NCBI GenBank assembly: GCA_027064585.1
Contig: JAMOPI010000036.1
Span: 41,777-65,776 of the forward strand
Direction of reading: 5' to 3'
Source: Candidatus Desulfofervidaceae bacterium
Lineage (GTDB): Bacteria; Desulfobacterota; Desulfofervidia; Desulfofervidales; Desulfofervidaceae
Length of the DNA stretch: 24,000 nt
Positions 21,859-24,000 of this stretch are shown here, piece by piece; positions within the stretch are counted from its first letter, which is position 1; every line of letters begins with the position of its first letter. The notes under the pieces are model-generated. The model was given only the letters and a program-made list of their open reading frames with translations, was not told the DNA's origin and did no database searches. Position numbers and translations under genes: made by a program.

Positions 21859-24000
21859 ATGAGTAGAAAAAATATTATCTTGCAAAGAATAGTCGAAAAT
21901 TATGCAAATGATATTCCTAGCGAGTGGTTTTTACCCCAAGTAAAACAATTTGGCATAAATTGGAAATTGTTTGACTATCAAGTAAGAGCAATAGAATACA
22001 TATCAAAAGCACTTTATTTATATTACACCAGAGGAATAGATGAGTTTTACGAATATTACCAGAAGGAAGGTTTATCTTCAGATTTAGAAGAAAAATTATC
22101 TGTAAAAAAAGAAGACGAAAATTTTAGGATACTCTCTGAGTATTATCAGGTAGTAGAGGATAATAAAATTTCTTTTAAGCAATTCCTAAATAGAGCCTCA
22201 TTCTGGATGGCTACGGGAAGTGGAAAAACGCTTATTATGGTAAAACTCATAGAACTTTTACATTATTTAATGAAAAAGAAACTCATTCCACAAAAAGATA
22301 TTCTTATTTTAGCTCCGAAGGATGAGATATTAAATCAAATTAAAAAACATATTGATATTTATAATCAGAATGTAAGTTTACAAATAGAAATGAGAAATCT
22401 CAAAGAATGGGAAAAAATGAAAGGACAAGTTTCTCTTTTTAATGAAAGCGAGATAACAGTTTTTTACTACAGAGCCGATAATATAACAGAAGAAAATAAA
22501 GATAAGCAGATTAATTATAAGACTTTTTATAACAATGGAAATTGGTATCTCATACTTGATGAAGCCCACAAAGGCGAGAAATCAACTTCTAAAAGACAGC
22601 AGCACTATACAATACTTTCAAAAAATGGGTTTCTTTTTAATTTTTCCGCTACTTTTACAGATGATATAGACATAATAACCACAGTTTTTGATTTTAAGCT
22701 GGATACTTTTTTAAAAGAAGGATATGGTAAAAAAATCTATATAGCAAATAGTGAGTTTAAAAATTTTAAACCACAAAAAAAGAACAGAAAAATCTTAAAT
22801 GACTTTACAGACGAAGAAAAAAAAGAAATTGTTATACAAACATTAATTCTTTTATCTATTGTTAGAAAGCATTATAAAAAAATAAAAAGCATAAGAAGTA
22901 ATTTATATCACGCACCATTGCTTATCACCTTGGCGAATAGCGTCCATGTAGAAGATGCTGACCTAAAAATCTTTTATCAAATATTAGCGGACATCGCACA
23001 GGGAAATTTCAATTTTAAAGCAAGTAAGAAGAGGCTATACCAAAATTTGATGCAGAATTTAGATTATTTATTTGGGTTAGATAAAATAGACGATTCTATT
23101 CTCCAAGGAGTTCAAGATTTAACCAAAGAGGACTTTTTTGAAAATGTTTTTAACACTACCCAGTCTGGCAATATAGAAGTATTGAAAATAAAAGGAAACA
23201 CCAGAGAATTAGCTTTCAAACTTAAAAATGCAAATGTGCCGTTTATGTTAATTGTAGCAAGTGATATTGTTAAGTGGGAAGATAATGTATTGGATGGTTA
23301 TGAATTTGGTGAAACGGTAGAAGAAAGCTTATTTGAAAATATCAATGAAAAAGTTCGGGATAATATAAGCATACTTTTAGGAAGTCGTATTTTTGCAGAA
23401 GGGTGGGATAGTAACAGGCCAAATATAATCAATTTTATTAACATAGGTGTTGATGAAAAGGCTAAAAAATTCGTGCTTCAAGCAATAGGTAGAGGTATAA
23501 GAATTGAGCCTATCAAAAATAATAGGAGAAGATTTGATTATATAGATAAATATGACTTTAGTCCTGAAGACACAAAAAAAATTAGGCAATTTAATAAACT
23601 GCTTGAGACGTTATTTGTTTTTGCAACCAATAAAGAAGTAGTAAAAAACATTTTAGAAGAATTGGAGACGCAGGCTTCTGTCTGGGTGAAAGTAAACGGT
23701 ATTAAGAAAAATGAAAAAATAAATGAAGTTGATTTACCCCTCCTTGTGCCTGAATTTGATTATCAGGGCTTGAATGACAAACCATTTAAAGTCAACAAAG
23801 ATGATTTTAAGCAACTTGAGGATTTTATGGCAAAAGTAGAAGATGAGGTATTGCTTTTAAAAGAAAACATAAAAGTAAGGACATTAAATAAGTTGAAGGA
23901 TAAAAAAACTAACTTTATCTTGGAAGGTAAAAAGAAAAACTATAAACCTGAAGTGTTGTTGAGACATATTGATAACTTCTTCAATAAGCCAGTAAGAAGA
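21859..24000 (+). CDS. res: Type III restriction enzyme Res-like SF2 helicase subunit (3' end lies beyond the window); not in the supplied ORF track
   Basis: I translated it by hand and found 714 codons from ATG 21859 to 24000 with no stop. Motif I ATGSGKT is at 22210-22230, motif II DEAH at 22558-22569, an SAT motif (FNFSATF) is present, and motif VI QAIGRGIR is at 23479-23502. The ATG is 1 nt after the mod stop, giving the mod-then-res order. Confidence 0.8.
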   Translation, partial: MSRKNIILQRIVENYANDIPSEWFLPQVKQFGINWKLFDYQVRAIEYISKALYLYYTRGIDEFYEYYQKEGLSSDLEEKLSVKKEDENFRILSEYYQVVEDNKISFKQFLNRASFWMATGSGKTLIMVKLIELLHYLMKKKLIPQKDILILAPKDEILNQIKKHIDIYNQNVSLQIEMRNLKEWEKMKGQVSLFNESEITVFYYRADNITEENKDKQINYKTFYNNGNWYLILDEAHKGEKSTSKRQQHYTILSKNGFLFNFSATFTDDIDIITTVFDFKLDTFLKEGYGKKIYIANSEFKNFKPQKKNRKILNDFTDEEKKEIVIQTLILLSIVRKHYKKIKSIRSNLYHAPLLITLANSVHVEDADLKIFYQILADIAQGNFNFKASKKRLYQNLMQNLDYLFGLDKIDDSILQGVQDLTKEDFFENVFNTTQSGNIEVLKIKGNTRELAFKLKNANVPFMLIVASDIVKWEDNVLDGYEFGETVEESLFENINEKVRDNISILLGSRIFAEGWDSNRPNIINFINIGVDEKAKKFVLQAIGRGIRIEPIKNNRRRFDYIDKYDFSPEDTKKIRQFNKLLETLFVFATNKEVVKNILEELETQASVWVKVNGIKKNEKINEVDLPLLVPEFDYQGLNDKPFKVNKDDFKQLEDFMAKVEDEVLLLKENIKVRTLNKLKDKKTNFILEGKKKNYKPEVLLRHIDNFFNKPVRR

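Noticed and set aside
20156-22830. Homopolymer A7-A8 runs in mod and res (e.g. 20156-20163 and several in 22730-22830) as phase-variation switches
   Set aside because: All are currently in frame. Runs of this length are expected by composition in DNA of about 27% GC. The actual frame break in mod is not at a repeat tract.
20175-23589. - strand ORFs in the AT-rich island (20175-20552, 22378-22569, 23377-23589)
   Set aside because: They are antisense to the mod and res frames. AT-rich DNA gives long spurious Ile/Phe/Lys/Asn-rich frames, and they have no motifs.
1-24000. CRISPR arrays, rRNA genes, prophage structural genes, integrases
   Set aside because: I scanned for regularly spaced direct repeats and characteristic conserved strings and found none. 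The only tandem or periodic repeats are the 16-bp duplication at 3553-3584 and the 8-nt array at 12595-12650.

Overview
The window looks like it comes from a thermophilic bacterium, since it carries a full-length reverse gyrase. The gene content suggests an anaerobic Thermodesulfobacteria-like lineage, but that is inference only. About 80% of the window is tightly packed core genome. On the + strand: ftsA (3' part), ftsZ and a radical SAM gene. On the - strand: glnA, nadE, hisF, hisH, mgtE, a small membrane protein, rarA and nadK. Then rgy and kdsB on the + strand. Three regions are not ordinary. (1) At 12.5-15.3 kb an islet sits between nadK and rgy. It holds a MITE-like element with an internal 8-nt-periodic palindromic array, a full-length SelB-type elongation factor, and directly upstream of it on the same strand a 93-nt tRNA. 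That tRNA has selenocysteine-tRNA architecture (8-bp acceptor, 4-bp T stem, 6-bp extra arm) but a Cys anticodon (GCA) and the Cys discriminator U73. Small-ORF debris and an IS5-like transposase remnant follow. This tRNA/SelB pair is the most interesting item. (2) At 8.3-8.56 kb a locally GC-rich intergenic patch ends in a + strand intrinsic terminator with no + strand gene to terminate, so it may be an unassigned small RNA. (3) From about 19.7 kb to the window end GC drops sharply (from roughly 45-50% to under 30% by hand counts). This island carries a Type III-like restriction-modification locus: a beta-class Mod split into two out-of-frame pieces with the DPPF motif stranded between them, and an SF2-helicase Res ORF (21859 to beyond 24000) that the ORF track omits because it has no stop in the window. 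No CRISPR array or rRNA was seen.
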